A stretch of DNA of 63,498 nucleotides, filler included, from Reticulomyxa filosa (GCA_000512085.1; 15 parts of 15 records of this genome joined end to end with filler, not necessarily neighbours in it); one strand, 5' to 3'; positions 12,448 to 25,390 are shown, counted from the first letter of the whole stretch. Notes: a model not told the origin generated them from the letters alone. Made by a program: numbers and translations.

Positions 12448-12547
12448 NNNNNNNNNNNNNNNNNNNNNNNNNNNNNNNNNNNNNNNNNNNNTTAATTAAT
12501 TAANNNNNNNNNNNNNNNNNNNNNNNNNNNNNNNNNNNNNNNNNNNN
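12448..12547. other. Artificial contig-joining linker, first of 14. The others start at 18713, 23558, 27035, 34432, 42292, 51439, 52640, 54634, 56781, 58040, 59181, 60913 and 62399.
   Basis: Identical 100-bp N44-TTAATTAATTAA-N44 blocks; the 12-mer gives stops in all six frames. Confidence 0.98.
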
Positions 12548-13220
12548 TGCTTTTGTCTTCTTTTTCTTTTTTTTTAACTTTAGTTAACTACATTTTTTTT
12601 TACATTTTGAAAACTTTTTCCTCTTAATACAAACTTCTCTTCATCTTTCCAAGGGCCACATGAATAAACTTTACATATTACTGTTCTTCCTGAAATGTAG
12701 GTAGCATTTGATGTGCCTATTGGGATATGTCTATAGAAGAATGAACAAGAATATGTGCGATAAAACTTTTCTAAAAAAAAATAGAAACTCGTGTCGTTCT
12801 AACTTTCTCTTTGTCGTACAAAGAAAAAAAGTATATTTTTGGAAAGCAGGAAGAGTAGCAAATCTAAAAACGTCCAACTTTTTTGTTTACTCGACAAAAC
12901 CTGATTATTAAAAAGTTCACCCCGGTTCCCCAGTGGCAGAAGATGGTTGCACTGGCCTTAATTAAATAAAGAAACAAAAAGTTCACAAACTCTTAATGAG
13001 ATGCCACTGACGAAACACAAATCATAAAAGCAAAACCCAAAACGAAACAAATGGGAATCAAATTTTTGTATTTTGAATAAGATAAAACTGAAAAAGGAAA
13101 AACCAAAGTTTAAATATGGGGATTCCAACATGAAGTTCGAGCTCAAACTTTATTAATCAAATCCAATCTCAAGCAAATCATCATCTTTAATCTACTATGA
13201 TCCCGTTCATGCTCACTTGG

Positions 13221-13820
13221 CTATGCGCAATAAGAGTTGAGCATTCGCGCGTTCCCCTTCTGGAGCTGAATGCTCAATATGTTGTATACGTAGGTCTTTA
13301 TCTTGGCCAACTCTGTGGCTTCTTTCTCTGCGATCACTTGGGCCAACTCGTCGAAAAATGTCTTTGCCTCTACATACCACCATCCTGTGGTTTCAGCAAT
13401 GAGGGGGTATACGATTTATTGGACTGCTCGCAACGGAGCCGGTGCTTAACGATTTTTGCTCTATAATATCTTTCCAAAGCCCATCGATTGTTTCAATAAT
13501 TAACTGTGTGTACTGATAGGTGATGTGTCGATGTGTAATTCCGACATCCAAACATTTCGTATCGAAGGCGTCGCCGAACCATTTGAGAGAAATGTCGCCG
13601 GGCATGTGGTGGGAATGGTCATTTGCCCTCACTTCCCTGTCATGTGGGATACCAGCTCGCTTTAAAAGATTTGAGATGCAAGCCACCACACCATCATGAC
13701 GGGAAACTCGAGCCTTGCCTAATTGACAAGAAAGCGCGTGGTTTCCATATTTGTCCATCGTCGTCGTGCAGGATGGATTGGCAAGGCACTTGTTGTTGAA
13801 GGTCTGCTTCATCCCCAATC
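13221..13820 (-). mobile_element. RLE non-LTR retrotransposon 3' part: CCHC knuckle + restriction-like endonuclease (CRE-like clade), degraded
   Basis: C..C...MDKYGNHALSC...RVSRHDGV, PGDI, CLDVGITH; then in a shifted frame YTPLIAETTGWW...LSIQLQKGNARML*. Confidence 0.85.
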
Positions 13821-16800
13821 AGCGAATGTCCAGTCGGTAATATTATCGCTCGGTTTGGGTGTCTATTGTAGTGTGTGATTGCATCCTCCACTTCCTCTTG
13901 TGAGGACCACTCGACTTGTTTGTACTGTGTGTGTATGGTAGGCAGTTGTTATTCCGCAGCCAAGACTGATGTGATAAAAGCGGCGCTCGAATGTGCAAAA
14001 GCGGAGTTGAGGCCGAGGCCGCCTTTTTTGATTAGAGTTTGTCATTGAAGCTATTGGTCATTTGAAAGTGGGCATGCCAAGATTGACTCGGCGCAGCGCT
14101 TTACTTTATCGTCAATTTGTGATGTCCAGTTGCGCCCCCCCCCCTTGTGGAAATTGGTCCTCATATGGTACATGGCTTTGGTGACGTTCAGTGCACTTCT
14201 GAGGAGGAGCAGCATTGTTTGGACATGTTTCAAATTGAGGAGATTCTCGAATTGGGCGTCCCATTCGCTGAGGACGGTATCCATTTCTTTTCTGGTGTAG
14301 TCATCGTCCCCAACTGGCGCGCCGACGATAGTTGTATTGAATGAATAGTTGTGGGGAATTTGGTTGAGGTTGGTGGGTGGTGCTGTCTCCTCATTCGCGA
14401 TCCACTCGCATTTGCCCAGATTGATCTTGGTTCCATGTGATTGTTCCATTGTGAGGAAGGCTGTGATAACACGTATAACGTCTTGTGGGTCATCAGCAGC
14501 TATCGTCAGATCGTCGTGGTAAGCGGCGAGCGAAAATTTGATGGCGTCGGCTAGGACAATCGCGAAAAAGGTTCCCTCCAATGGGTCTCATTGGTGAACA
14601 CCTGTTCTGGATGGTATCACGTGGCCTGTCGGTAAGAATAACGGTGCATGTGTCGCGTAGCAGCCTCTCGCGTACCCGTAAAAAGCCGGTACGCTCTTTC
14701 GCACCAATTCCAACAACTTTCTCCTTCGGCATGAGTTGAATTCGTTCTGTAGATCTATCTTGACAGCTACACCTTCTTTGTTCTGTTGTATGCGTTTTAT
14801 AATAGCTTTGAACCCGTGAAAGAAAATCTCGATCCCACGCTTCACGTTCACGCCAAGTTGATGGGGCCCAAGGGTCTCTGAAATGTTCTGCGCGTGTCTC
14901 TTCAAAAGAATGGCTCCTGCCGTCCGTCGAAATATTGAACCAACAGCAATGGGCCTCGGCGTGTTGTCGGGATTGGGAAGTTCAATTCGTCTAGCCCCAT
15001 AAGCAATAGTTTGGGCGTCCGGGCAAATCTTCCCTTCGAGCACCAATTGTGCTACTTTCGCCCGGTTTCCCAGCGTGTTTGACTCGGCCTGATATGGCCC
15101 CAAGTCGATTAAATGCTGTGCTGTGAACAGATCGATGCCGCCTGATGACGTGCTGTTCAATTTCGCAATGTATTCCATTATTTCTTCGGCAGAAATGTTT
15201 TGACGTGTTGGCAGCGGGGGCAGCTCGGGGTCCCGGTTCTTTGTGAAACGTGCCACTAAATTGCTCGGTGGAAGTTCGTCCGGATGTTTGCTCCGGAGCG
15301 TTTCGATCGTTGCTTCGTCGTATGTCATGGACGAAGAAGGGGATAGCGCCTTAAAGGCTTTTGAGAGTTCTCCGATGGATGCAAATTGTATACATCTTTT
15401 GCTTTTTGAGGCATTGCTGGGCTTTGAGGGAATTGCGTTTCGGGCCCTTTCGAAGACCTGAGCTGATTGTACGAGGAAGTCGTTCCACAGTTGTACCATC
15501 TTTTGTTCCTTCCACAACTTGATGCGGCCCATGATGATCTTGGTTATGTGATTTGTATGTGTCTTTCCCCCCCCCCTGTCGGGTGCTCAAAGTATTGTTC
15601 GCACCATCACCATCCATCTCGCCCACATTGTTCTGGTGTTGTGTTGAGCAATGTCCATTAGTACCATGCTTGCTATTGCCGCGAAATGGCCTCTTGCTGC
15701 TCTTGGGATTCTGGTTATAATTTTTGCGGGAAGATCGCGATCTCTTCCGGCTTTGGGATTTGCCAGTGTGATTCTTGCTATACTTCGGTGATGGCTTCGA
15801 AATCGACTTTGACTTCTGGTGCTTGTTTTGTTGGCGGCAGAATGTTTTATAACAATTGGGGTGCATGCTTTGTACCGCTTGTTTCGCTGGTAAGGAAATT
15901 CGGCACGCAAGGCAAGCCGTTCTTTGGTATGTTGTATAGTATGCTGGTGGAATGACAACTTCAATATTATTTTCAATATGTTTGTTGATGTATCGATGCA
16001 GGCCTGCATCACTTGTCTTTCCGCTGGTGTTGATTCACTGGTTGGGCGTTGGTTTGCACAATATGAGCCGGTGGATGGGCGTTATATTCAATGTCGTAGA
16101 TATCGTCGTTTGCGAACATTTCATTAACGGCTGCATCTCTCTCCTCGTCTATTTCTTCGTGGTTTGCCATCTGTTGCTGTGCCATCATGTCGTTATATTC
16201 AAATGTGTCTTCACTGCGATCACATCATTGTTGTCCTGGGGTTCAATCATGCTAGTGTTTGAATTACTGGTTCTTCATCCAGATCGATGATGCTCGATGA
16301 TCCGTAAGGTGATGTCCAGAACGCTGGCTCGCTCGATTTTTTTCTCTGGAGCTCTTGGTTGTCGCTTGAGCGGTCTTCATCTGATGGTATGATGTCGTCT
16401 CTCACCCTGGCAATTTCTGTCTCGTTTTCCATTTCTTTGGCGTCTACCATCGTCGACTTGTATTGTTCGTGCGCTTATCTTGAACCCAAATACCTGATCG
16501 GCATCACATGAACTGTATTTGTATCTGGCAAGTGATAGTCCGCGCTTTGCTTGTGCATTTCTTCGATCGTACCAAGTGCTGCCTCTTCTACTCGACGTGA
16601 ATACTGTGATAGTAGGTGATAATTGGATGGTGACGCAAGGTCTTTTTTCCATCGTGATGCAATCCCCCCCTTTGACTCGTTTCTTCGATTGGCGCCTTCG
16701 CTGATTCCTCCATCAGATGACTTCTTTGATGGGATTTCTTCCCACGTTGTGCTCGCTGTTTCGCACGACGATTTTTCCTCTGCCTTCACTTTTTTTTGGG

Positions 16801-16834
16801 CTGACTTTCGGCCTGGTTGGCCCGGTTGTTCTTT
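13821..16834 (-). mobile_element. Second CRE-like non-LTR retrotransposon fragment (N-terminal region + RT), pseudogenised, lacking its own RLE end
   Basis: RT motifs RPIAVGSIFRR, HQLGV, KIDLQNEFNS, GVHQ*DPL (nonsense codon in QGDPL), YHDD, KINLGKC, IVGAPVGD. An upstream C..C...H.C cluster lies near 15860-15910. Multiple frameshifts and stops. Confidence 0.85.
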
Positions 16835-18712
16835 GGATACCTACATTGTTCCTCCACTCGGTTATCGAAAAGCATCTGTTGAAGTTGCACGGAACGGCGT
16901 TGAGGAATTCGGACGCGTGCGTTTTTGAGATTCCTTTACGGAGAACTCGATATCTTGAGTTTGCTATGGTGTCGAGGTGGAGAAGGAGGTATTTGTTGAT
17001 GTTTTTGGTAAGCCTCGATTGTTTGGGGATGAAGTCGATGTCGATGATGTTGTCCGCCAGTGCGCCTATTGTAATAAAATATGGCGTTTTCAAGTTCTAT
17101 TCGATTGGTCCATTCAATGTGCTGGAGTGTCGAATTCGTTATACTTGTTGCGGCAAGGAAGGCAGCGCTAGATTGGGCAAATGCTGAGTTGAGGCCAAGT
17201 CCGCCTTTTTTTGATTGGTAATTGACATTATTGCCATTGTTGGTCGGTTAACGGGCAGGTTAGTATAGATTCAGTGCAACTTTTAATTTTCTGGTCGATG
17301 CGTGTTGTCCAATTTGTATCCGACGGCGAGAAATTCGATCTCATATGATAGTTGGCTTTGGAGAGGTGGAGAGAGTTCCGGAGCAATAATAGCATTGTTT
17401 GTGCGTGCCGCAGGTTAAGGAGAATGTCAAATTGAGCATCCCATTCTTTAAGGATGGAACCCATTTCGGTTTGGACGTGTTCGTCATCGCCAATGAGGAC
17501 GCTAGCAATCGATGAATTGAATGAGCTTTTATGCGGAATGGAGTTAAGAGAGGTTGGTGGTGGGATTTGGTTGCTTGCTATCCATTCACTTTTGCTCAAA
17601 TTGATGACAATACCGTGTGAATTCATCATACTGTGAAGCCCATGCAATGCTTGGGTAATGAAGTCGGGATCATTCGCCGCAATAACGAGGTCGTCGTTAT
17701 ATGCGCATGGTAGAAGTTTGGAAAACCTCTGAAAACATTTTTCATCGCATCAGCCAAAACGAAGGCAAAGAAGGCACCTCCCAATGGATCGCCTTGATGG
17801 ACTTCAGATCTCGATATAATTGTGTTATCATTTGGTAGAAAGAGCGTGAATGATAAGCGTAGCATCCTTCAGCGTAGTTGTATATGCTGGGTGCATTGAG
17901 TCTGATTAGTTCCAACATTTTGTGCCTCTTACACATGTTAAATGCATTCTTGAAATCGATCTTCATTACTACTCCATTGTTCGTCTTGCGTGCGTGGTTT
18001 ACGACGGCCTTAAAACCATGAGAAAATAAGTTCGATTCCATTTTTGACGTTAAACGCCGAGTTGATTCGGACCCAAGAAGCTTTTTATCAGTTCGGAGTG
18101 TCTTGATATACAAGGATGGAACCTGCCGACCTCCGAAACAGAGAGCCTACTGCGATAGGTCTTGGAGAGCAATCTGGCTTTGGGATAGCAATAAGTCTCG
18201 CACCGTATGCGATGGCACGTGTCTCCGGGTAAATGTTGCCAGTGAGAAATAGGTAAGCTACCTTGGCCCAATTAGAAAGGGTGCTTGATTCGGCTTCGTA
18301 AGGAACGAGATCGATAAGATGTTGCGCGGAAAAGAGGTCAATGCATCCAGAGGATGTCCTTCCCCAGTTTGTTTATGTATTGAGACAATTCATCAACGGT
18401 GATTTTGGGATTGGCGGTAGATGATAATGTTTGAATGCTGTTGAAGTGGTTGATTAGATCGAGAGGAGGTGCCTCGTCTGAATGTTTGTCTTGGAGCGCC
18501 ATGACTACCTCATTTGTGTACCGGATCACCTTGGATGGTTGGAGAGCTTTGAAGGCCTTGGATAACTCGCCAAGTGCTGCAAATTTGATGCACCTTTTGT
18601 TTCTTGTGGCCACGTTGTTTTCCTTCGTTATAATAGTCAACGAATTTTCTGCATCGGTTGACAATTTGCTGGAATGGATCATAAAATTGTTCCAAAGCTT
18701 TGGATAATGCCG
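16835..18712 (-). mobile_element. CRE-like non-LTR retrotransposon RT region (copy B), degraded, 5' end cut by the contig edge
   Basis: RCIKFAALGELSKAFKAL, RPIAVGS, GPNQLGV, KIDFKNAFN, VHQGDPLGG, INLSKSEW, ASEFLNAVP. Clearly paralogous to, but diverged from, 13821-16834. Confidence 0.85.
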
Positions 18713-18899
18713 NNNNNNNNNNNNNNNNNNNNNNNNNNNNNNNNNNNNNNNNNNNNTTAATTAATTAANNNNNNNNNNNNNNNNNNNNNNNNNNNNNNNN
18801 NNNNNNNNNNNNTCGTAGTCATGAAATTTGACAATATTTTTTTAAACAATTTTTAATATTTACCTTTTTTTTTATGTGTTCGATATTGATTTTTGTCAC

Positions 18900-19681
18900 T
18901 TTGATTATTTGTTGCCTAAATATTGATTGACAACCATTGGATGAAAATTCTATAACAAGAATAGCAAAATTTGGTGGTAGAAGCATTTTAGTCTGGTCAT
19001 GTTTTGGAGCATTATGAACAGGTTACGTTTACAAAGTGGAAGGTGGAGTAAATACTGATATATTTATATAAATTTTATCCGACGAAATTCTAAAGAGCGT
19101 CAATTTCTACTTAGAAAATAAAGAAAATTGGATTTTCCAGCAAGATAATACAACATGCCATAAATCGGAAAAAATTATGAAATGGTTAAAACAAAAAAAA
19201 ATAAAATCAATGAACTTTACTCCAAATTCAACTGATTTAAATCAATTGAAAATCTTTGATGGATAGTAAATACAAGGATTCAAAAAAGAGAACCATTTAA
19301 TACCACATAAGAACTTTGAAACTAACTCGAAACAGAATGGGAAAAAATAGAAATAAACATTTTTGAAACCTTAATAAAGTCGATGCCAAAGAGAATACAG
19401 TCAGTTAAAAAGGTCAAAGGAAATTTAACTCGTTGGTAAAAAATAAATTTTAAAAAACAAATCTTATCATGCTTAGGCAGCCACAAAAAATTTTTTTAAA
19501 GTAAATGAAAGATTAAAATTTTTGAAAAAATTGGAAATGCTTAATAAAAAACCAAAATGATATTTAAAAACTACACGATTCGTATATATTTCTAAAAAAA
19601 AAATTTGATTAAATGTTGTTTTTTCATGGAGAAACATAAGGTGGCATTTTAGGTGTCAGATTTCTTTTTTATCCTACTGTA
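18900..19681 (+). mobile_element. Tc1/mariner DNA transposon relic: C-terminal half of the transposase and right terminus
   Basis: Frameshifted KFGGRSILVWSCF, WIFQQDNTTCHKS, PNSTDLN.., LETEWEKIE..., LIKSMPKRIQSVKKVKGNLTRW*. The terminus ...CTACTG is followed by TA at 19680-19681. Confidence 0.8.
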
Positions 19682-19984
19682 TAATATAGATTTAATGATA
19701 GTGTCATAAATCGCAAAAGCAAGAATTATGTCAATTGTACTTTCAACATAATACATAAACTAATTTTTTAAAAGTATCTACAAACTTGTAGTTTTAAATA
19801 TAAAATTCTTTTCTTTTATGTTTGATTATTTTTTAAAAAGCTTTTGTTGTCATTTTAAAGTTTGGCCCTTTGAAATTGTTTTGCAGCGACTAAGAAAAAA
19901 GCTAAAGTTTAAAGAAATTTATATTAATACAAGCTTCAAATTTAAAGCATACTTAAACATCCGATTTTAAATTATTATATGAAA

Positions 19985-20507
19985 TGATTTTTTTTGATGA
20001 AACAAAGATAAATTTGCGTGGAAGTGATCGAGACAAATACCTTTAAAAATTATCAAACAAAACCTTGAAGTTAATTTCGAGTTGGTAAATGTAGCGTCAT
20101 GATTTGGCTTGTTTTGGCTCAAAAGAAGCTAGTCATATCTGTAAGACAAATATTGAAATAAATTCATAAAAAAATATTTAAAATAAATCATGAGCAGTGC
20201 GTCTTATTGTTTAAATTATAAAAATCACACTTAAATTCGATATATTAATTTGTCAAAAAGATTTAAAAATTTCATCTTGGTGATATATGTTGATTTATAT
20301 GCATTACTGCGAAATTTTCAAAAATCATATGAAAACATTTATTTTAACCAACTTAGAAAAAAGTTATTATAAAACCAATGTCATATTTAAAAACTACAAT
20401 ATTTGTGAATATTTTTTAAAAATAAGTCTAAATGTTTATTTTTCATGGAGAAAATCGATTCTCTTATAAATGTACCATTTATGTATGACAGTTTTTCTGC
20501 AACTGTA
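19985..20507 (+). mobile_element. Second, internally deleted Tc1-like relic
   Basis: FDETKINLRGSD (first catalytic Asp motif) and SVMIW near 19990-20110. 20370-20507 repeats the subterminal motifs of the first element (aaaacca..tatttaaaaactaca, ttttcatggagaaa) and ends ACTG-TA. Confidence 0.6.
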
Positions 20508-21621
20508 TTTATAGCTATTTTCTAAAAAAATTATGCAAATCCATTTAAAAGATTTAACAATCTGTTTGTTTGTAAAAATGAAATTATGTCATATGTTCAT
20601 TTGTCATTTTATCTGAAATTATTTTATAACGTATTACACAAAATAAATGTGAAATTTTTTAATATGTCAACACATTCATCTCTCTTTTATAGAACATTTT
20701 GGATAACATTACATACTCGAGTTGTGTTATCAAATTTAGAATCATCTGATGAAAATTATATCTTTTTACAAAAAGTGTGTACTCAAATGTCTTATCATTT
20801 TCTGTTATTTAAATACAGATCATTTATTTGAAATGTTTTTAACATAAATATCAACCCATTGTTCATTGAATGCATCATATATTGTAATTTTGATATTGTT
20901 TCATTAGCATTCAAAGCAACAATGATTCTTCCATTATTTTATTTAAATTTAGATAATTTTTCAATGTTATATTATCTTCGCGTTTCATTCATTTGAATTG
21001 AAATAATCATAAAAATATCTTAATTATTATTTTTATCAGATTTGTCAAATATTTAATTAAATCCATCCAAATAACACAAATGACGAACAACACATTATCT
21101 CTTTATTAACTTGCCTCATTTGCAAAGCTTGAGAAATAGTTTGCTTTTATTCAATTCATTATAAATATTTTTGATTGATTTGATTTACAATTGTTTATTT
21201 TGCATTTTAAAGTATCATTTTTTATTTTTTATTTTTATGTATGCCAATTAAAAGAATTTCGTACATCGATTTGTTATGAATTGCTTTTCTTGAAATGAAC
21301 TTTGACATTATCTTATATCACCTAAGATAGTCTTAAGAGAAAAACAAAAAAGGGGACGTTATTTCATTCATCGATTGACCAAGTGAAGCTGTAATCTTTT
21401 TCTAAAAGAATGCAAGTGTATGCTTTTAAGAATGATAAAACATTGTTTATCACATTTTCAAGTATCTTATTATTTTATAAATACAAGTTGATTATTATGT
21501 ATGACTTCATTGGGACACTCTTGATTTATAGTTTGAAAAGCTTGAATCACTTAGCATCGGAGAGAAAAAAAAAATCAGTAATATATATACATTCTGTAAC
21601 ACAACAAACAAAACAAAGCTA

Positions 21622-23514
21622 TCAAACTAAAGTTACTTTTCTATTTTGTTCATTAACAGGAATCATTTCTTCTTTTGTGGCCATTGGTAAATCAGGATAT
21701 GAGCTAACAGTTTCTTTTTCATATCTTATGTCAGCCCTTTCTGGCAACGGCTTGTGAGGGGGAAGTGAAGCAATAATTCCATTTTTGCTCTTTCTTTGTC
21801 TCAACTCATCAATTTTTTGTTTATTCACAGCTGCAGAAAACAGCATGGACGGATTTTTTCCCATTGATGCGCTGATTTCCCTCCAAATGTCAGGATTGCT
21901 CTGTTTTTCATAGTGGCTCTTTTCTTTTTCTTCATCGACAGGTGTGTCAAACAGAAACTCCAATGCAAAACGATCGTCAAATTTACGACTTTTTTTATCC
22001 TTTACTGTATTTGTATATGCACATGCAAACAATAAGAAAGATCGACAAAACGTTCCAAATATTTTTGTGCACACCTGCTCCGTCTACCTCTTCTTTGGTC
22101 AATCGTATATATTTTTCAGTCGCGCACACGGACGCGTGCAGCCAGCACCAGCACATGATATCATCCGAAGAGACAACATCTTTGTCATAAAAAACAATTT
22201 TGAAAGACCCACTCAACAGAATTTCCAAATCGTAAAATTTGATATCTTCCTGATTTAGAGAGGTGGATTTTACCGCATTGTCACGGCTGTAGTCGTAGAG
22301 GACATTGCCCTTTGTGTCCACTATCAAAAAATAGGGATCTACACAACATACGTACACACAATATATTGCGACAGCAGATGTAGAGAACCCCTCCCCTAAA
22401 CCAAAAAAAAAAAAAAAAAAAGAGAGGAAGAAAAAATCTAACTTACCACAGCCACCTCCAAAATCAAACTGTGGAACAGTGACCATGCGAATTCGTTTTA
22501 ATATCTAAAGTATGCATTGTTAAACAAAAAAATAAAAATAAAAATTAATGTATACGTCATTTTTTTTTTTTGGAACAAGAACATTCTCCCTTCCATATCA
22601 AATGATCTCACTAACAATAACAAGTAAAACGTACACAAAGTTTTTTGAACGGGTACAAAGATGGATCTGAGGTTTGTAACACGTGGTTGCAAAAATAAAA
22701 GACGAATCTGGCTTGGCTTGGAATGGTGACGCCTTTGGCGTTGGAGGTTCTAGCTTCGCCATACTTGTGCAGGGCGTCTTCGGGGGTCTTGCATATCTTG
22801 GCATAGCACAAGTACGCACAAATCATGACTCCAGTTCTCCCTTTCCCAGCCTTGCAATGGATGGCCACCACGTTTTGCTCATGACGACTCAAAAACTCGT
22901 GCACGTTTTGGCAGAACTCCAGCAGTTCCTCCAGCTCTGGGGCGTTGTGATCTTTGAACCCAAATTGGACATATTCGCCGCCAATCGAAACAAATTTGGC
23001 CGGGTTGTATTGCCGGTCTCTCTCAATGCACAAATTATACACCTTAAAGTGACCACGGTGATGGACATGAAAAAACCTTTGGATCTCGCTCATCGGATTC
23101 CGATACATCGATTCTTGGCCTTCCGCTGGATAACCCATTGCAATTATCCTCTTTGTTATATCTTTTTTTTTATAGCAAAAATTACACTTTATTATATATG
23201 TATATAAAGTGTGTGTGTCGGAAAGAATGGAAATACACAAAACAGGTCAAATCCAGATTGAAGTCATGCTCTTCATCAATGAATCTTCGTTTGTTACGAC
23301 TGACAGCTTTGCGGATTTTCTCTGCAAACCAATTGTCGGCCTTTTTTCCAAGAATGGCGTCCAGTCCAGCAACGTCTTGTCTCTTCGTGGTTTGCTTTGG
23401 ATCGACATTGGATTTCTTCGATTTGGTTTGTTTGTTGTCTTGTTGCGAGGCTTTCCTCGATTCATTGTTTTCTTTTTTCGAGTTGCGTTTGGATGTTTGT
23501 TCCTCTTTGGTCAT
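21622..23514 (-). CDS. PTEN: PTEN-like phosphoinositide 3-phosphatase (PTP domain + C2)
   Basis: IRKAVSRNKRRF...FNLDLT|.ITKRIIAMGYP...MYRNP, KVYNLC, FKDHNAP, signature IHCKAGKGRTG and GVTIPSQARFV. The C2 region has G.FKIVFYD...CWCWLH. Confidence 0.93.
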
Positions 23515-23521
23515 TTTATTA

Positions 23522-23557
<36 letters not shown>

Positions 23558-23657
23558 NNNNNNNNNNNNNNNNNNNNNNNNNNNNNNNNNNNNNNNNNNN
23601 NTTAATTAATTAANNNNNNNNNNNNNNNNNNNNNNNNNNNNNNNNNNNNNNNNNNNN

Positions 23658-24703
23658 TTTTTTTTCCCCCCTCTTAATATCATAACATCAATTTTGTCAT
23701 CTTCGACTGGCTGTGCAAATGTTTCCGGGTTTTGTTGCGAGACGCTGAAGTATTGCCCAACTTTTAGTGATTCGTAGTTCGTCCACGTGTAGAATGATTG
23801 CATTACGCATTGAATTGCATCACTTACAACATCTGCAGCACGAGGTACTGTCGAGAATTCTTTCTGCAATTGTCGCAATGGTGTCATATTTGCTGTTAAA
23901 AACTGTTTTACCCTAATTCAAAGTTTTTTTTTTTTCATAAATTAAAATTATCTTCAAAAAAAAAAAAAAAAAATTAAGGGGGTTGAATGTATACGTAAAA
24001 ACTTTTTAATAAATTGCAAACTTAACAGATGTGCATCGTCGTGCTCTTTTCTGTGGTGCTCTTTATAAGCCAAAGTGTACAGATAACAGCCAAGTTTTGC
24101 ATCTGTTATACGTGCGGCCAACAAATATATTTTGATAAAGTTGAAAAACACGCCCAAAAATCGTGTAGTCAAATCCGAATTCTTGTGTAACTGTGTTCAC
24201 AAACACCAAATCCAAAAAAAGTATGTATACTATAAATCTGTTTACAAATCAGTAAAAGTTAAACAAAGTTGTAAGACCCCTTTTTTTTTTAATAATAATA
24301 AAAAAAAGTTGTTGTTTGGATGAATCATCAACTTAACATCAAAGTTTAAAATGTTGCGTGTCAAGGTCTCAAACAAAGGCAGTACTTCATGAGAAAATGC
24401 TAAAATGTCTGCAATAGTTTCATAGGCAAACTTAGTTTCATTTTCCAGGGCTTCTGCTTTCATCGAAATTACATCAGATCCCACTATTTTGCCTATGTTT
24501 GCTGTGGGGTCATCTTTTTTTTGTGACAAGTGATCCAATATTTTCTCATTCAATTCGCTGAAGACTGTTCCACGCTGGAAATGCACACATCCGTGAACTC
24601 GGGTTAAAAGGCCAAGCGAGTAATCCAGCAAGATTATCAACTTTTCTGCTGTTCGACTTAGATTCTGCGCAGTGGCGGTAGATGATACCAATGGAGTGGT
24701 CAT
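23658..24703 (-). CDS. NCKAP1: Nck-associated protein 1 (Nap1/HEM, WAVE/SCAR complex), N-terminal part
   Basis: AEKLIILLDYSLGLLTRVH, YETIADILAF, LTTRFL...IYLLAARITDAKL..YLY.LAY and PLRQLQKEF follow the Nap1 N-terminal pattern (AEKLTILND..GMLTRLY; PLKKMMEEF). Truncated by the linker. Confidence 0.8.
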
Positions 24704-25390
24704 TTTCAATTTAGATTGCAAATCAAATTATCACCAGGCAACTGGGAAACCAAACTGCACTTAAAATAATACAAAAAAGCCCTCTTCTTTAGTCCAGTCG
24801 GTACAAACGACGACTCACCTGCAAAACGCACTAGCTTCAGGTTCATAAAGAGCAGTGCTGATGTATACCGCACAAATTGTCCAAAGAATGATGTTATTAT
24901 CAGCTTCGTCATTGATTCGATTGGTATCGACGCAAACGATACATTCCGCTTTGTTTCTATTGTATGTTATAATTCATTGCGTCATTACATTAAATTAGGG
25001 CATGTTCCAAATCTTTGATAATAGACAGTTGTTCAAAAAACCATGAGATTTGAAAAGAAAAAAGTAATATTTGATGCTATGAAAATTTTCTACAAGCTAA
25101 AAAAAAGACTAAGCTTAACAAACTTCAACTTTAAAAAAAACTTACGCAGATCTTTAGCCCAAAAAAATCAAAAATGGCACAAGAACCTCTGAAAGCAGGA
25201 CTTGCAAAAGAAACGTATGACAAACAAATGTCAAAATTTGATAAAGTGAAAGAAGAGGCCGTGTGTGAATGGGCCAACGCTGTTTTGGGTGAATCTCTGA
25301 CAGCAGGTTAGAGGAGGTGTGAGGAAAGAAACAAAAAGTTTGTTTTAATTGTATTTTTTTAACTTTCGCCTTAAAAATTGACATCTCAAA

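Noticed and set aside
12492-12503. Recurrent palindromic TTAATTAATTAA between N-runs, resembling a repeat array or recombination site
   Set aside because: It is an identical artificial six-frame-stop linker. ORFs ending in 'XXX...LIN' are artefacts, and gene neighbourhoods across linkers are not meaningful.
14051-15532. RT as a retron, DGR or group II intron
   Set aside because: The motifs and the associated CCHC + RLE domain fit a eukaryotic non-LTR retrotransposon; I saw no template/variable repeat pair.
20540-21250. Possible degraded coding sequence on the minus strand
   Set aside because: Stops in every frame examined and no recognisable motif.
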